Under the pieces are notes generated by a model that was given only the letters and a program-made list of their open reading frames with translations, did no database searches and had not been told where the DNA came from. From Vulcanimicrobiales bacterium (GTDB lineage Bacteria; Vulcanimicrobiota; Vulcanimicrobiia; Vulcanimicrobiales; Vulcanimicrobiaceae), in assembly GCA_038231455.1 (NCBI GenBank), contig JBBRLI010000009.1, forward strand, positions 71,159 through 135,158: DNA of 64,000 bases. Direction: 5' to 3'. The translations under genes and the position numbers were made by a program. Numbering within the stretch: position 1 is the stretch's first letter; every line of letters begins with the position of its first letter. Positions 46,955 through 58,000 of the stretch are shown here, piece by piece.

Positions 46955-47374
46955 ATGTCATTCTTCGATAATTTAGGCGGAATGCTCGGGAAATTAACCG
47001 GAGCCGATCCAAACGACGTCGCCGATGCGGCGACCGACCACGTCCAGGGCATGGACGCCGGTCAACTGGCGGATCATCTCAAGAATTCCATCCCCAACAT
47101 GGACACCTCTTCGCTGGGCAGTCTCGCCCAATCCGTCATGGGTGCGCTTTCGGCTCACGGCCACGATGAATCGAAGGTGAACGATTCGGGCGTCGATACT
47201 GCTGCGGCGCAATCGGGCGACGCGTCCTCCGTTATGAATCTTATCTCGCATGCTCAGCAGAATCCGGGCGCGCTCAAGGATGCGGCGATGAATTTCATTC
47301 GAGAGAATCCGCAAGCCGTGCAGCAGTTCACCCCCGATTTCCTCAAAGGGATCGTCGGCAAACTCACCGGCTAG
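46955..47374 (+). CDS. Hypothetical soluble protein
   Basis: 139 aa from ATG 46955, preceded by AGGAGAGAAG. The GKLTG motif occurs at both termini. I cannot assign a confident family. Confidence 0.45.
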   Translation: MSFFDNLGGMLGKLTGADPNDVADAATDHVQGMDAGQLADHLKNSIPNMDTSSLGSLAQSVMGALSAHGHDESKVNDSGVDTAAAQSGDASSVMNLISHAQQNPGALKDAAMNFIRENPQAVQQFTPDFLKGIVGKLTG

Positions 47375-48711
47375 GCGGCCTCCACTTTGCCCGTCGCGAT
47401 TGCGGCGACGAACTGCGCGTGGTCGGCCTCGGCTTGATCCGCGTAGTTCATGGCGAAGGTCACGATCGCGCGATCGAAGGTGTCGCTCTTGCCGATGTAG
47501 CCGGCAATCGCATCGTCCTCGCCCGAGCGCGCATGTGCACTCGCAAGGGCGTACGCACAGTACCGCGCATATTCGCGCAATTGGTATATGTCGGCGCCGT
47601 CGAGTTTCGCCGATGCCTTCATGTCTTTGAATTGGCGCACGTAGAAGTCGTGTTTGCCGGATGAGGCCCAGCCCAGCAGTGCGTCGCTTGCAGATTGCAT
47701 GAGGCGCTGGCCGCGCACGACGCGTTCGCCGTGATTGGCATAATCGCTCGTCTTCAGATAGGCTTCGAGTACGGATGGCCCGGCCTCTTTGATTTGCAGG
47801 ATCATCGAATCGTTGTCATCCGCGCTCATGAGCGCGACAGCACAACGCGTGCCGACCGAGCCGACACCCACGACTTTGATCGCGTGATCGATGAGTTCGT
47901 ACCGGTCGAAGAGGACGCGCACGTCAGGATTCAGCGTCTGCGCGTACGCCTCGAGAATTTCTTCAACGTCGAATCCGCTCCGTTCTGTTACGCTCGAGTG
48001 AACGAGCAGGGGCGGATCGTCGATAAACCGCCGTTTACCATCGACGATTTCGGTGAGCTTCTCAACGGCTGCCCGTACGGATGTCGTCGCGGCATCCTCG
48101 GCGATGCGACCACGCCTGCGCCGCACGGCCGTCGAGCGTGCGGCATCGAGAATCTTGGTCGCGTCGAGCTTTTGGTAGAACACATCGAGAGCGGGCATGA
48201 ACGCCAGCTCGCGCATGCGTTCGCGATAGGCGGCAACGGCAGCGATCGCCGCCGTTGCGCTCTCGCGTTTCTTCACACCGAGCTCACGCGCAGCGAGGAT
48301 CATGCTCGTCGCAAGCCGTTTGACGTCCCATTCCCACGGTCCGGGGAGCGTTTCATCGAAGTCGTTCACATCGAAGATCAAATTGCGTTCGGGGGTCGCG
48401 AAGCCGCCGAAGTTCAAGCAGTGGGCGTCGCCACAGGCCTGCACGTGAAGGCCGCTCACCGGCGTCATGGCAAGATCGGCCGCCATGATCACGGCGCTCC
48501 CGCGAAAAAATGTGAACGGTGACTCGACCATGCGCGAGTTGCGGAGCGGCACCAGATGCGGAAGGCGACCTTCGGCCGAGGCTTCGAGCATCGCAAGCGG
48601 ATCGCGGTCGCGCTGCGGCGTCCACTCCGCGTGGCTCGAGCGAGGGACACGTTCGCGTAGCGAGTTGCCGTGATCGAGACGGGCTTTCGCGCGGGTTCCA
48701 GGTGTTTCCAT
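47371..48711 (-). CDS. DUF2252-family protein
   Basis: 446 aa. FTFFRGSAVIMAADLA...CGDAHCLNFGGFATPERNLIFDVNDFDETLPGPWEWDVKRLATS matches my recollection of DUF2252. Confidence 0.65.
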   Translation of the reverse strand: METPGTRAKARLDHGNSLRERVPRSSHAEWTPQRDRDPLAMLEASAEGRLPHLVPLRNSRMVESPFTFFRGSAVIMAADLAMTPVSGLHVQACGDAHCLNFGGFATPERNLIFDVNDFDETLPGPWEWDVKRLATSMILAARELGVKKRESATAAIAAVAAYRERMRELAFMPALDVFYQKLDATKILDAARSTAVRRRRGRIAEDAATTSVRAAVEKLTEIVDGKRRFIDDPPLLVHSSVTERSGFDVEEILEAYAQTLNPDVRVLFDRYELIDHAIKVVGVGSVGTRCAVALMSADDNDSMILQIKEAGPSVLEAYLKTSDYANHGERVVRGQRLMQSASDALLGWASSGKHDFYVRQFKDMKASAKLDGADIYQLREYARYCAYALASAHARSGEDDAIAGYIGKSDTFDRAIVTFAMNYADQAEADHAQFVAAIATGKVEAA

Positions 48712-48780
48712 TCGTTGCTCCTACCCACGCGGGCGCGTGAGTCTACGGGATCGGCATCGGTTGGGCCGAACACACCGGCC

Positions 48781-49161
48781 GTGACCCGTCGCCTTCTTGA
48801 AATCATCGCGCTCGTGCTCGTCGCCGGTGCCTTCTTGCTCAGCGCACTCAGCGGCGACATCTATGAGATCACGTCGCCGACGACGTTGCCGATTCACACG
48901 CTGCTCCGCAAGGTGTACAGTATCGTCGCGTTCGCGGCAATCGGCTACCTTGCCGGACGCCTCGCGCGCATGCGTCCGCGCCGCGAGGTCTTCTGGATCG
49001 CCGTACTTGCCGGTGCGAACTTCAGTGCGCTCATCGAGATCATGCAAGTGTTTATTTCGAGCGAGTCGCTGCGGTGGCACTTAATCGACGTCGGATGCGG
49101 CGCACTCGGCGGCGCGCTCGGCGGTGCACTTGCTGCTGCGCCGTGGGCACAACGCCGCTAG
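48781..49161 (+). CDS. VanZ-like small membrane protein
   Basis: 126 aa from GTG 48781 with 4 TM helices. A VanZ-like E..Q...R...D...G..G pattern is present (IEIMQVFISSESLRWHLIDVGCGALGG). Confidence 0.5.
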   Translation: MTRRLLEIIALVLVAGAFLLSALSGDIYEITSPTTLPIHTLLRKVYSIVAFAAIGYLAGRLARMRPRREVFWIAVLAGANFSALIEIMQVFISSESLRWHLIDVGCGALGGALGGALAAAPWAQRR

Positions 49162-50192
49162 ACACGAAGAGGCCCGAGTTCGCGCGCGAGTCCGTCCGTC
49201 CAATCATCGAGGTTTCGTTGGTCGGCCGGTATCCAAATCACAAGCAGCGCCATGATGCCGTAGATCGGCAGATGACCAATGAGTTCGGTCGTGTTGAAGA
49301 CGGAGAGCGTGAGGTTGAACGGCAGCCACGCCAAAACGATCACTTCGCGCGGGAAAATACCGAACGTGAGAAAGAGCCCGACACCCAGCTCCACGGATGC
49401 GGCACAAAGCATAAAAAGTTCATCGGACATCGGCATGCCGAGTGCTGCCGTAAAGTTGAGCGGATACTTCTGGAGAAAATGCGTTGCGAGCGGTAAGTTT
49501 GCGAATTTCTCGGTGAATGCAACGACCGTCAAGCTGACTCCAAGACCGATGCGCAACGGGAGGACAGCATGACGCATGAGCCGATCCGATGGTTCGAGGA
49601 GCGGAAACATCAGCCGGTCGATCGAGAGTGGTCCGCGGCCGGCCATGAAAAAGAAGACCGCGGCGCCGAGAAACAACGTATTTTCGAGCATCGTCTGAAC
49701 GCCGACGACGAACAAACCGGCGAACCAGACCAGGCCCAGCAGAACGGCGGCAATGCGCGTCAAACCGCCGTAGAAAAGCGCGAGCGCGATCCCCGTCTCG
49801 CAAACGCCGAAAATGTACCCCCAAGCACCCGGCACCTTGTCATCGGGTGAGAAGAGGACAGTGTGCGCTCCGTCGACGACGAGTGGCACCGCGAAGTGGA
49901 CGCCGATGATCAGCGGCAAGATCGCATACACGATGCGGCGCCGGCGATCGTCTGCTCCAAAGAGTTCGGGCCCCGGAATAAAGTCGCGATAGCGGCGTTT
50001 TCGCCAGAGCACCGCGGCGATCAGGGTCGCCACAAGAACGGCTGCGAAAAACGTCAGTGGATGGGGCGCGAAAAAAAGATCCCAGCGAAGCGGGAACGCG
50101 GAGCTATCGTAAAACCACTTTTCGTGCGCCTCGGCCGGACATGCACAAAGAAGCGCCGCTCCCAGCGACGCGGTAAACGCGGGTGCCCTCAC
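49158..50192 (-). CDS. Polytopic membrane protein of unknown function (possibly DoxX-like)
   Basis: 344 aa with a GTG start that overlaps the upstream stop (GTGA), a signal-like N-terminus and about 8 hydrophobic helices. Confidence 0.5.
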   Translation of the reverse strand: MRAPAFTASLGAALLCACPAEAHEKWFYDSSAFPLRWDLFFAPHPLTFFAAVLVATLIAAVLWRKRRYRDFIPGPELFGADDRRRRIVYAILPLIIGVHFAVPLVVDGAHTVLFSPDDKVPGAWGYIFGVCETGIALALFYGGLTRIAAVLLGLVWFAGLFVVGVQTMLENTLFLGAAVFFFMAGRGPLSIDRLMFPLLEPSDRLMRHAVLPLRIGLGVSLTVVAFTEKFANLPLATHFLQKYPLNFTAALGMPMSDELFMLCAASVELGVGLFLTFGIFPREVIVLAWLPFNLTLSVFNTTELIGHLPIYGIMALLVIWIPADQRNLDDWTDGLARELGPLRV

Positions 50193-50776
50193 CGAACGTC
50201 GCGCGCGATCAGACGCAGAAACTTGCGCGGTTCGAACGTACCATCGGCATCGATGCGCGCGAACGCCTCGGAGCGGATTTGCGAGGCAAGATCGCGTCGC
50301 GCGGCAAGGGCGCGGTCGAGTTCACGAAAGGCGCGCTCGAAAGCGTCGCCATCGAGCGATCCGATCTGCCGTTTGAGCCGGTCGATATCGGCGTTGATCT
50401 TACTTTGCAGTTCGTGGCTCACGTCGCGTTCGACGGCGGCGATGCGCGCGAGCAGCGTATTGAGTTCCTCGACGCTCGGCAGTCCATATGCGCCGCGTCC
50501 GGCATCGTCGATGCGTCCCGGCGCCGTCTTCCCCGGGGCGTTGCCGGCCGGATAGATGCGCATGATCGAGGCGATTTTTTGCGGGCCTTTGGGCGATTGC
50601 AGCCCCTCGGCTAACCCTGCGCCGATGAGTCGCGAGCGCAGTGCCGTATCGCTTATGACCTTGATGTGATCGGGGTTGACCCCCGCCGGCCGGCGCCTCG
50701 TCCCAAAGAAGTCACTGTCTTTTGCGACGGGGAGGTCGAGCGCGCGCGCAATGAGGGTTGACCGATCACTTGCCAT
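50189..50776 (-). CDS. Hypothetical protein with C-terminal coiled-coil-like region
   Basis: 195 aa, with no family that I recognise. It sits 17 nt downstream of the DUF5916-like gene and overlaps the next gene. Confidence 0.45.
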   Translation of the reverse strand: MASDRSTLIARALDLPVAKDSDFFGTRRRPAGVNPDHIKVISDTALRSRLIGAGLAEGLQSPKGPQKIASIMRIYPAGNAPGKTAPGRIDDAGRGAYGLPSVEELNTLLARIAAVERDVSHELQSKINADIDRLKRQIGSLDGDAFERAFRELDRALAARRDLASQIRSEAFARIDADGTFEPRKFLRLIARDVR

Positions 50777-50793
50777 AGCGGCTAATTCGGCGG

Positions 50794-52989
50794 TTAAACT
50801 CCGGCGCCCCCGCCGAAGCGTAGCACGTACTTGAGAACGAAGCGTTGCAGCGTGGAGTTGGCCGCGGGTGTCCCGTAGTTCAGAAAGAGTTCGCTATCGT
50901 TCTTGAACCGGCGATGGAAACTGCCCGCAAGGTTGATACCGGGACTGGCAAACCCGCCCCGGCCGGAGATGTCGCGCAGCGAGAGCGAGAGATTGGTATC
51001 TTTGCCGATCGTCTCGCCGAAGCTCAAGCGGCGCAGTGACTGACCGTCGGCGGTACCGCTCGCGAACTTTTCGAGCGTTCCATCGTATTCGAGACCGATC
51101 GTGTAGCGCGTCCCAATTGCCCGCGACGTCGAGACACTCACCTGTTGAAGAAAAAAGTTCGAAAAAACGCCGTAACTGTAGCCGGCATCGATGGGATTAG
51201 GCGTTCCATCCCGATACCCGACGCCGATTCCGTTATTGTTAAAATATTGATTCACGCCGCCGGTGTAGGTGGGGTAACCAACGAGCGAACCGTTATAGGT
51301 GCGTAAGACACTGACGCTCGGACCGAAGTTGACGTGAATTAAGTTCTTGGTCGTAACATCCAGATTAATACCCGTGTCGGCTTGGTGCACCGCACCGCTA
51401 CGATCGAGATAGCGATCCCCATAGGCAAAGAGGTCCACCCGTTTGAAGGGACCGTTCGGAGCAAGGGAGCCTTGCATATCGACGAAAGCGACCGGTCCGC
51501 GAACGTCTTGAATCGCGGTGAATCCGTCGACCGGATTCCAACTCGGCCCAAGATCCTTGTAGCCGGCAAATACTTCGTAGTTGGGCCGGTGGACGTCGAG
51601 AAAATCCTCGGTCTTGTGCGCAAGCGACGATTGCCGGGCGAACGTGCCGCGTTCCGCGCCGTAGCTTGCAGAATAGACGAAACCCGTCTTGTCATCGCGA
51701 CCGCTGACGAGAACGTCCATCGTCGCGTCGTTTCCGGCGCGCTGGTCGAAGGTATCGTTGCCCGCTACGTGATGCGTGAACACACCGATCGCCTGATAGT
51801 TGAACGACCGATTTGGAAGCGTATGCTTGTAACTCACGACGTCGTCATCGAATCCCGAACCGCGCGTTTCGAGCACGCCGAAAGATTGATTCCCGAAGGT
51901 TCCCTCGGATTTGAGTCCGCGCGTGAACGGGCCGATGTTCGGCGAGTAGAAGAGCAGATTTGGCGGGCTGTTGATCGAGGAGCTCGAGATCGGTGAGAAA
52001 AAATTCGCGCCTTGCGAGAAGAACGGACGATACTCGGAGAGCGAGCGGCGAAATTCTTGCGGTGCGATCGTTTGCTGGTCGATTTCGACGTTCGAGAAAT
52101 CCGGCGCGAGCGCGCCGACGAATGAAATCGTTCCGGTGATCGGATACGTCAGGTCCACTCCCGCATGTCGCACGTCCACTGGCGAAAACGCGCCGCTGGA
52201 CTGAGCGAATTCGCGTCGATCCGCGCCGGCGCTTGTGAGGCCGTAGAGTTCGAGTGCGGGTTTGCGTTTGGCTGCGGACCGCGTGAGGGCGATGTCGGTG
52301 AGGCGCGGCCAAAAGCGCACGTCCCCCGACTGTGGAAAGCCGCCGTTGCCGCCGCCGTCGTTCATTTGTGCGTCGTATGCCCAGGACTGGTTTTCATTTG
52401 CTGCCGCGATGTGTCGGATGAAATCGAAGCGCCACTGCTTGAGGCCGGACTGGCGCACCACGTTGATCGGGATGACGAGCATCGCGCTCCAGCCGGTTGC
52501 CGTTCGCGCGGCGGTCGCCGTCCACGGCGGAGCGTAGCGCGCGGATTCCGTCGCTTGCTGATACCGCGTGCCGAGGGGCGTCGTCTCGAAGAAGTAAACT
52601 TGCTGCCCGTTCCCGGTTGGATCGATGCCGATCCCCGCATAGTCGTCGACGCCGAAGCCGACGCCATTTGCCGTCTGCGTTGCGGTAATCGGGAAGCCGT
52701 GTTGTTCGGCAACGATGCCCACATAAAGGTTCGTATCGTCGTAGAGCAGCGAGAAATGCGTCTCGACCCGGCTCGGTGCGTGGGTCGTGACGGCCATCAA
52801 GTCGGTTGCGACCAGGGCCGTTTTCCAGACCGGATCGGCCAAGGTTGCATCGAGCGCGGGCGGCGTAGCGGCGCGAACAGCCGGGAACGAGCCCTCGGCG
52901 TTCGTCGCTGCCGGCGCCGGGAGTCGGCAACCCAGCGTGAACGCGCCAACGGCACAGCATGCTGCAAGCAATCGCTTTAAACGAACCAT
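50794..52989 (-). CDS. Large secreted/outer-membrane protein, CBM9-like N-terminus + DUF5916-like beta-rich body
   Basis: I prefer ATG 52989 as the start (MVRLKRLLAACCAVGAFTL, signal-like). The N-terminal pattern LADPVWKTALVATDL...HFSLLYDDTNLYVGIVAEQ resembles CBM9/DUF5916 proteins. The C-terminus is Gly/Tyr/Asn-rich and beta-strand-like, ending in GGGAGV. Confidence 0.5.
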   Translation of the reverse strand: MVRLKRLLAACCAVGAFTLGCRLPAPAATNAEGSFPAVRAATPPALDATLADPVWKTALVATDLMAVTTHAPSRVETHFSLLYDDTNLYVGIVAEQHGFPITATQTANGVGFGVDDYAGIGIDPTGNGQQVYFFETTPLGTRYQQATESARYAPPWTATAARTATGWSAMLVIPINVVRQSGLKQWRFDFIRHIAAANENQSWAYDAQMNDGGGNGGFPQSGDVRFWPRLTDIALTRSAAKRKPALELYGLTSAGADRREFAQSSGAFSPVDVRHAGVDLTYPITGTISFVGALAPDFSNVEIDQQTIAPQEFRRSLSEYRPFFSQGANFFSPISSSSINSPPNLLFYSPNIGPFTRGLKSEGTFGNQSFGVLETRGSGFDDDVVSYKHTLPNRSFNYQAIGVFTHHVAGNDTFDQRAGNDATMDVLVSGRDDKTGFVYSASYGAERGTFARQSSLAHKTEDFLDVHRPNYEVFAGYKDLGPSWNPVDGFTAIQDVRGPVAFVDMQGSLAPNGPFKRVDLFAYGDRYLDRSGAVHQADTGINLDVTTKNLIHVNFGPSVSVLRTYNGSLVGYPTYTGGVNQYFNNNGIGVGYRDGTPNPIDAGYSYGVFSNFFLQQVSVSTSRAIGTRYTIGLEYDGTLEKFASGTADGQSLRRLSFGETIGKDTNLSLSLRDISGRGGFASPGINLAGSFHRRFKNDSELFLNYGTPAANSTLQRFVLKYVLRFGGGAGV

Positions 52990-53044
52990 ACCTCGCCTAC
53001 GCCCCGGGCTTCGGCGATGTTTCAGTCGAAGAAGCCACCAGTCC

Positions 53045-55000
53045 ATGGAACTCTTACGTTTTACGAACCTCACCCGTGCCTACGGTGCGCGCACCGTCTT
53101 CGAGCGGGTCGCCGGCGTCGTCCGTGACGGCGACAAGATCGCCCTCGTCGGGCCGAACGGAGCGGGAAAGTCATCCCTCGTGCGCACCATCGCGGGCGTG
53201 GACGAGCCGGACGGTGGAACGATCGCTCGTGCGCGCGACACGCGCCTGGGCTACATGGCCCAGGACGCGCCTGCTGATGAGTCGATCACCTTGCACGCTG
53301 CGCTCGACGCGGCGTTTGCCCGCGTCCGCGCCGAAGAGTCGCACGTCCGGGATCTGGAGTTGCAATTGACCGCGGTCTCCGAGCGCGGCGACGACGACGC
53401 CATGACGGCACTCTTAGAAAAATACGGCGACGCGCGCGAAGCCTTCGATCGTCATGGCGGCGAGGGACTCGAAAAACAAATGCGCGCGACGATCTCGGCG
53501 TTCGATTTCGACGAATCGGATCTCGATCGCCCGACCAGCGGCTTTTCCGGCGGCCAGCGCACGCGTGCGATGCTTGCGCGCACCCTGCTCGAACGCCCCG
53601 ACTGGCTGATCCTGGATGAGCCGACCAACCATCTGGATATCGAGACGGTGCGCTGGCTCGAAGACTTCATTATCGACGATCCGCGCGCGACGCTCGTCGT
53701 CTCCCATGACCGCTATTTCCTCGAACGCGTCGCGACGGTCGTTTGGGATCTCTCCGGCGGCGAGCTCGTCGCCTACAACGTCAAGCAAGGCAAAGCGTAC
53801 ACCGATTTTCTCGAACAACGTCAGATACGACGCGACGAACAGCGTCGCGTCTACGAAGTCGCGCTCGCCGAACACGCGCGCGAACAAGCCGTCATCGACG
53901 AACTTAAAACGCACGGTTCGCACAACTACTCGCACGTAAGAAGTCGCGAGAAGAAGATGAGCAAGATGCCCGAGGCGCCGCCGCCCGATACGGATAAGCC
54001 GTCCATCGGGATGACGCTCGTTGCAACGCGCCGTGCGACGAACGGTTTCGCACTCGAAGTCAAAGGGCTCAGCAAAGCCTATAACGAGCCGCTCTTCAAC
54101 AACCTGACCTTCGATATCAAACGCGGCGAGCGCGTCGCGATTGTGGGACCCAACGGCGCGGGCAAGTCGACGCTGCTTAAGATCCTCTCGGGTGAGATCG
54201 CAGCTGACAAAGGCAATATCCGTTTTGGTCCGGGGTTGAAGACCGCGTATTTTGCGCAAGATTCGGCCGACGAATTGCCCACCGGCGTGCGTGCGGTCGA
54301 CGCGGTCCTCGATGCCGCGAAGATCACCGAAGAAGAAGCGCGCGGTTTGCTCGGACGCATGCGTCTGGGCGGCGAGGCAGCGGATAAACCCGTTGAAGCG
54401 TTCTCGGGTGGCGAACGGCGCCGCATCATGCTCGCGCGTCTCATGGCGCAAAAAGCGGACTGTCTCTTACTCGATGAACCAACGAACGATTTAGATATTC
54501 CCAGTCGCGAGGCACTCGAGTCGATTCTCGCCGAGTACGATGGCGCGCTGCTGGTCGTCTCGCACGATCGCTACCTGCTCAAACGGCTCGCCGAAACGAC
54601 ACTCTGGATTCGCGACGGACTTGCAACGCCGATCCAAGGCGGGTACGACGCCTTCGAATCCGCCGCGCTCGGCCACGCGACGAATGGCAAAGCACCGGAG
54701 CCCAAGGCCAAGCCCGCGCCCAAGGTGGTCGAACCGCCGCAGCCGCGCGCATCGGTCAAAGAGATCGCGCGCCGAAAACGCGAACTCGAAGCAGCCGAAA
54801 AACGTGTCGCCGAAATCGACCGTAAACGCGGCGAACTCAGCGCGCTCTTCGCCGCACCCGATCTCTATGACAATCCCGAAGCCGTCGCGAAACTGCGTAA
54901 CCAGCTCTCGGCGATCGAAACCGCCGCAAGCGAAGCGCTTCACGCCTGGGAAGCAGCGATGGAAGCAGTCGAAACGGACGAGGCGGTCGGCGTCCTCTAG
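53045..55000 (+). CDS. ABC-F family ATPase (two ABC domains, C-terminal coiled coil, Uup-like)
   Basis: I start it at ATG 53045. There are two Walker A motifs (GPNGAGKSS, GPNGAGKST), two signature motifs (FSGGQRTR, FSGGERRR), no TM domain, and a Lys/Glu-rich tail. Confidence 0.88.
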   Translation: MELLRFTNLTRAYGARTVFERVAGVVRDGDKIALVGPNGAGKSSLVRTIAGVDEPDGGTIARARDTRLGYMAQDAPADESITLHAALDAAFARVRAEESHVRDLELQLTAVSERGDDDAMTALLEKYGDAREAFDRHGGEGLEKQMRATISAFDFDESDLDRPTSGFSGGQRTRAMLARTLLERPDWLILDEPTNHLDIETVRWLEDFIIDDPRATLVVSHDRYFLERVATVVWDLSGGELVAYNVKQGKAYTDFLEQRQIRRDEQRRVYEVALAEHAREQAVIDELKTHGSHNYSHVRSREKKMSKMPEAPPPDTDKPSIGMTLVATRRATNGFALEVKGLSKAYNEPLFNNLTFDIKRGERVAIVGPNGAGKSTLLKILSGEIAADKGNIRFGPGLKTAYFAQDSADELPTGVRAVDAVLDAAKITEEEARGLLGRMRLGGEAADKPVEAFSGGERRRIMLARLMAQKADCLLLDEPTNDLDIPSREALESILAEYDGALLVVSHDRYLLKRLAETTLWIRDGLATPIQGGYDAFESAALGHATNGKAPEPKAKPAPKVVEPPQPRASVKEIARRKRELEAAEKRVAEIDRKRGELSALFAAPDLYDNPEAVAKLRNQLSAIETAASEALHAWEAAMEAVETDEAVGVL

Positions 55001-55019
55001 ACGGCGAACGCTCGCGGCC

Positions 55020-58000
55020 ATGATCAATCGCCGCTTTCTCGCCGCGCTTCTTGCGGCCGTGCTTCCCATTGCATCGCTTGCGGCTCCGGCACGCGCTGAT
55101 GAGGCGCCCGCGGGGCTGCGGAGTTTCGCTGAGCCGGGCATCTCGCCGGATGGTTCGGAGATTGCGTTTGTCTCGGGCGGCGATATTTGGACGGTTCCGA
55201 GCGGCGGCGGAACGGCGCGACTTCTCGTGGCAGATGGCGGCACCGCATCGCGGCCGCTGTACTCGCCCGATGGCAAACATCTTGCGTACACCGCGCAGCG
55301 CGCGGGCGTCGGGAGCGAAATCACGGTGCTCGCGCTCGACGGGGGCGAAGCAAAACGGCTGACCTTCGATGGCGGCGGCGACGGCAATGCGCTCGACGGT
55401 TGGTCGCACGATTCGCGCACGGTCTACTTTACGTCCAGCTCGCACAACATTTCATATTTCGGTGATGTCGAGCGTGTCGACATCGCCGGTGGAACGCCGA
55501 TGAACGTGGTGAGCGAACCGTACGTGCATTCATCGCAAGCGGCGCCCTCACCCGACGGTTCGGGGGTGGCATACAAGACCGGAGGGTTTACGCAGTGGTG
55601 GCGGCATGGCCGCGCGCACATCGACGAGAGCACGATTGCAATTAAACGTGGTGCGAAGTTCGAGCGTTTCAGCGATGGCGGCGCGAAAGACGAGTGGCCG
55701 ATGTGGCAACCTGACGGTTCCGCAATCGCATACGTCTCCGATCGCACCGGCACACCGAACCTGTGGATCAAATCGATCGGCGGAGCCGCGCGTCAAATTA
55801 CCCACTTCACGGATGGGCGCGTGCTTTTCCCCGCGCAGAGCGGCGATGGGAAGACGATCGTGTTCGAGCGTGACTTCGGCATTTGGAAAACGGACCTCGC
55901 CGGACACGCAAGCTCCGTGCCGATCGTTTTGCGCGGTGCGCCGCCGCGCCCCGGCACAGAACATCTCACGCTCACACGCGTCGCCGGGGCCGTTCTCTCG
56001 CCCGATGGCAAGAAGCTCGCCTTTACCGCGCACGGCCAGGTCTTCGCCGGTTCGAGCAAAGATGCAAGCGACGCTACGCGCGTAACGATGACCAGCGGCG
56101 CGGAGTCGATGGTGCAGTGGGCACCCGATAGTCGGCGCTTGGTATACGTTTCGGATCGCAGCGGTTCGCGCAACCTCTATCTCTACGATTTCGGGTCGCA
56201 GGCCGAGACCAGACTGACCGACGAAGCGGCAAGCGACGATTTTCCGCGCTTCTCGCCCGATGGCAAATCGATTGCGTTTTTTCGCAACGGCACCGAATTG
56301 CGGCTGCTCGACGTCGCTGCGAAGTCGGCGCGCCTGCTCGTGCGCGGTGAACTCTCGCGTGCGCCGTTCGGCGATGTCGATGACGTTGCGTTCTCGAGCG
56401 ACGGCGCATGGATTGCGGTCACGGCCGCGGGTCCGAAAGGTTTTACGACCGTGCATGTCGTTCGGACGAGCGGCGGGCCAGAACGGCAAATCAGCTTTCT
56501 TGCCAATGGCAACGCCGGTAGCGTGTCGTGGTCTCCCGACGGAACGCGACTTTACTATGCGACTTCGCAACGGACCGAGGACGGGTCGCTCGCGCAGATC
56601 GATCTGATTCCACGCGCGCCAAAGTTCCGCGAAGACCAGTTCCGCGAACTCTTCACCGAGATCCCGAGCCGCACCGCGCCCGCCGCGCCGCGCGCGAGCG
56701 CAGCGCCCAGTCCCTCGCCCTCGCCTTCGGCGGCTGCAAAGAAAGAAACGCGTATCGTCTTCGAGGGTATTCGCGATCGGCTCTCGCTCTTGCCGACCGG
56801 CCTTGACGTACGCGCTGCGCGCGTGAGCCCCGACGGCAAGACGCTGCTTCTCAATGCCGCGGCAGCCGGGCAAGCAAATCTCTATACGTATTCGATTGAC
56901 GAACTCGCAAAGGAAGAACCGGTCGCGCGTCAGCTGACCGCGACACCGGGATTGAAAACGGGCGCGCAGTGGGCACCCGACGGCAACAGTGTCTACTATC
57001 AAGAAAACGGGCGGATATTCACGGTCGCCGTGAACGGCCAAGGCGGTCCGCGCGCGGTGCCCGCACTCGCAGAACTCGACGTCAATTTCGCAACCGAAAA
57101 GCGCGAGGTCTTCGCGCAAGCGTGGCGTTCGCTTGATGAGTGGTTCTACGACGCCCAATTCCATGGTACGGACTGGCACGCGGTAAAAAACACCTACGCT
57201 CCGCGCGTTGAAGGCGCGCAAAGTCCGAGTGAGTTGCGTCGTATCCTCTCACTCATGGTCGGCGAACTGAACGCATCGCACCTGGGAGTGAGTGCGCCGC
57301 CAGGACTGCGACCCGACGTTGCGGATCTCGCTGCCGACTTCGATCCGGCGATTTACGCAAGCTCGCATCGCCTCGTTCTGCGAGATATCGTGCCGCTCGG
57401 ACCGCTGTCGCTCGCCGGCGGCATCAACGTTGGCGACGAGCTGCTTTCCGTCGATGGAACGGCGATCGGCGAGCACACCAATCTCGATGAACTTCTTGCC
57501 AATCGCATTGGAAAACGCACCGTGCTCGGCATCGCGCCGCATGGCGATCGCGCGAACAAGCGCGATATCCCCGTGCAGCCCGCCAGTCACAACGCGGTCA
57601 AGAACCTCCGCTATCGGACGTGGGTCGATGGCCGGCGTTCGTATGTGGCAAAAGCCAGCGGCGGTCGGCTTGGCTACGTGCATTTGGAGGATATGAGTTC
57701 CGCTTCGCTCCAGCAACTCTACATCGATCTCGATACGGAGAACCAAACGAAGACCGGTGTCGTGATCGACGTACGCAACAATACCGGCGGCTTCATCGAT
57801 CCCTACGTGATCGACGTGTTCAATCGTCGCGACTACATTAATTTTGCCTCGCGTCTCAACAAGACGGGTCCCGAGCGTCCTTCGCTTGGGCAACGCGCAC
57901 TCGATTTGCCCACCGTGCTCGTCACCAACGAACATTCACTTTCCGATGCCGAGAATTTGAGCGAAGGCTACCGACGTTCGCACCTTGGAAAGATCGTCGG

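Noticed and set aside
52787-55019. Long N-terminal extensions of the ABC-F ORF (from 52787) and the Tricorn-type ORF (from 54540).
   Set aside because: The extensions overlap neighbouring genes and are Arg/Ser/Pro-rich. Conserved N-termini begin at ATG 53045 (MELLRFTNL..., just before the Walker A) and at ATG 55020 (the signal peptide).
55548-57221. A 557-aa minus-strand ORF inside the Tricorn-type protease gene.
   Set aside because: It is antisense to a gene with clear repeated propeller motifs, and its product is extremely Arg-rich. It is a shadow ORF.
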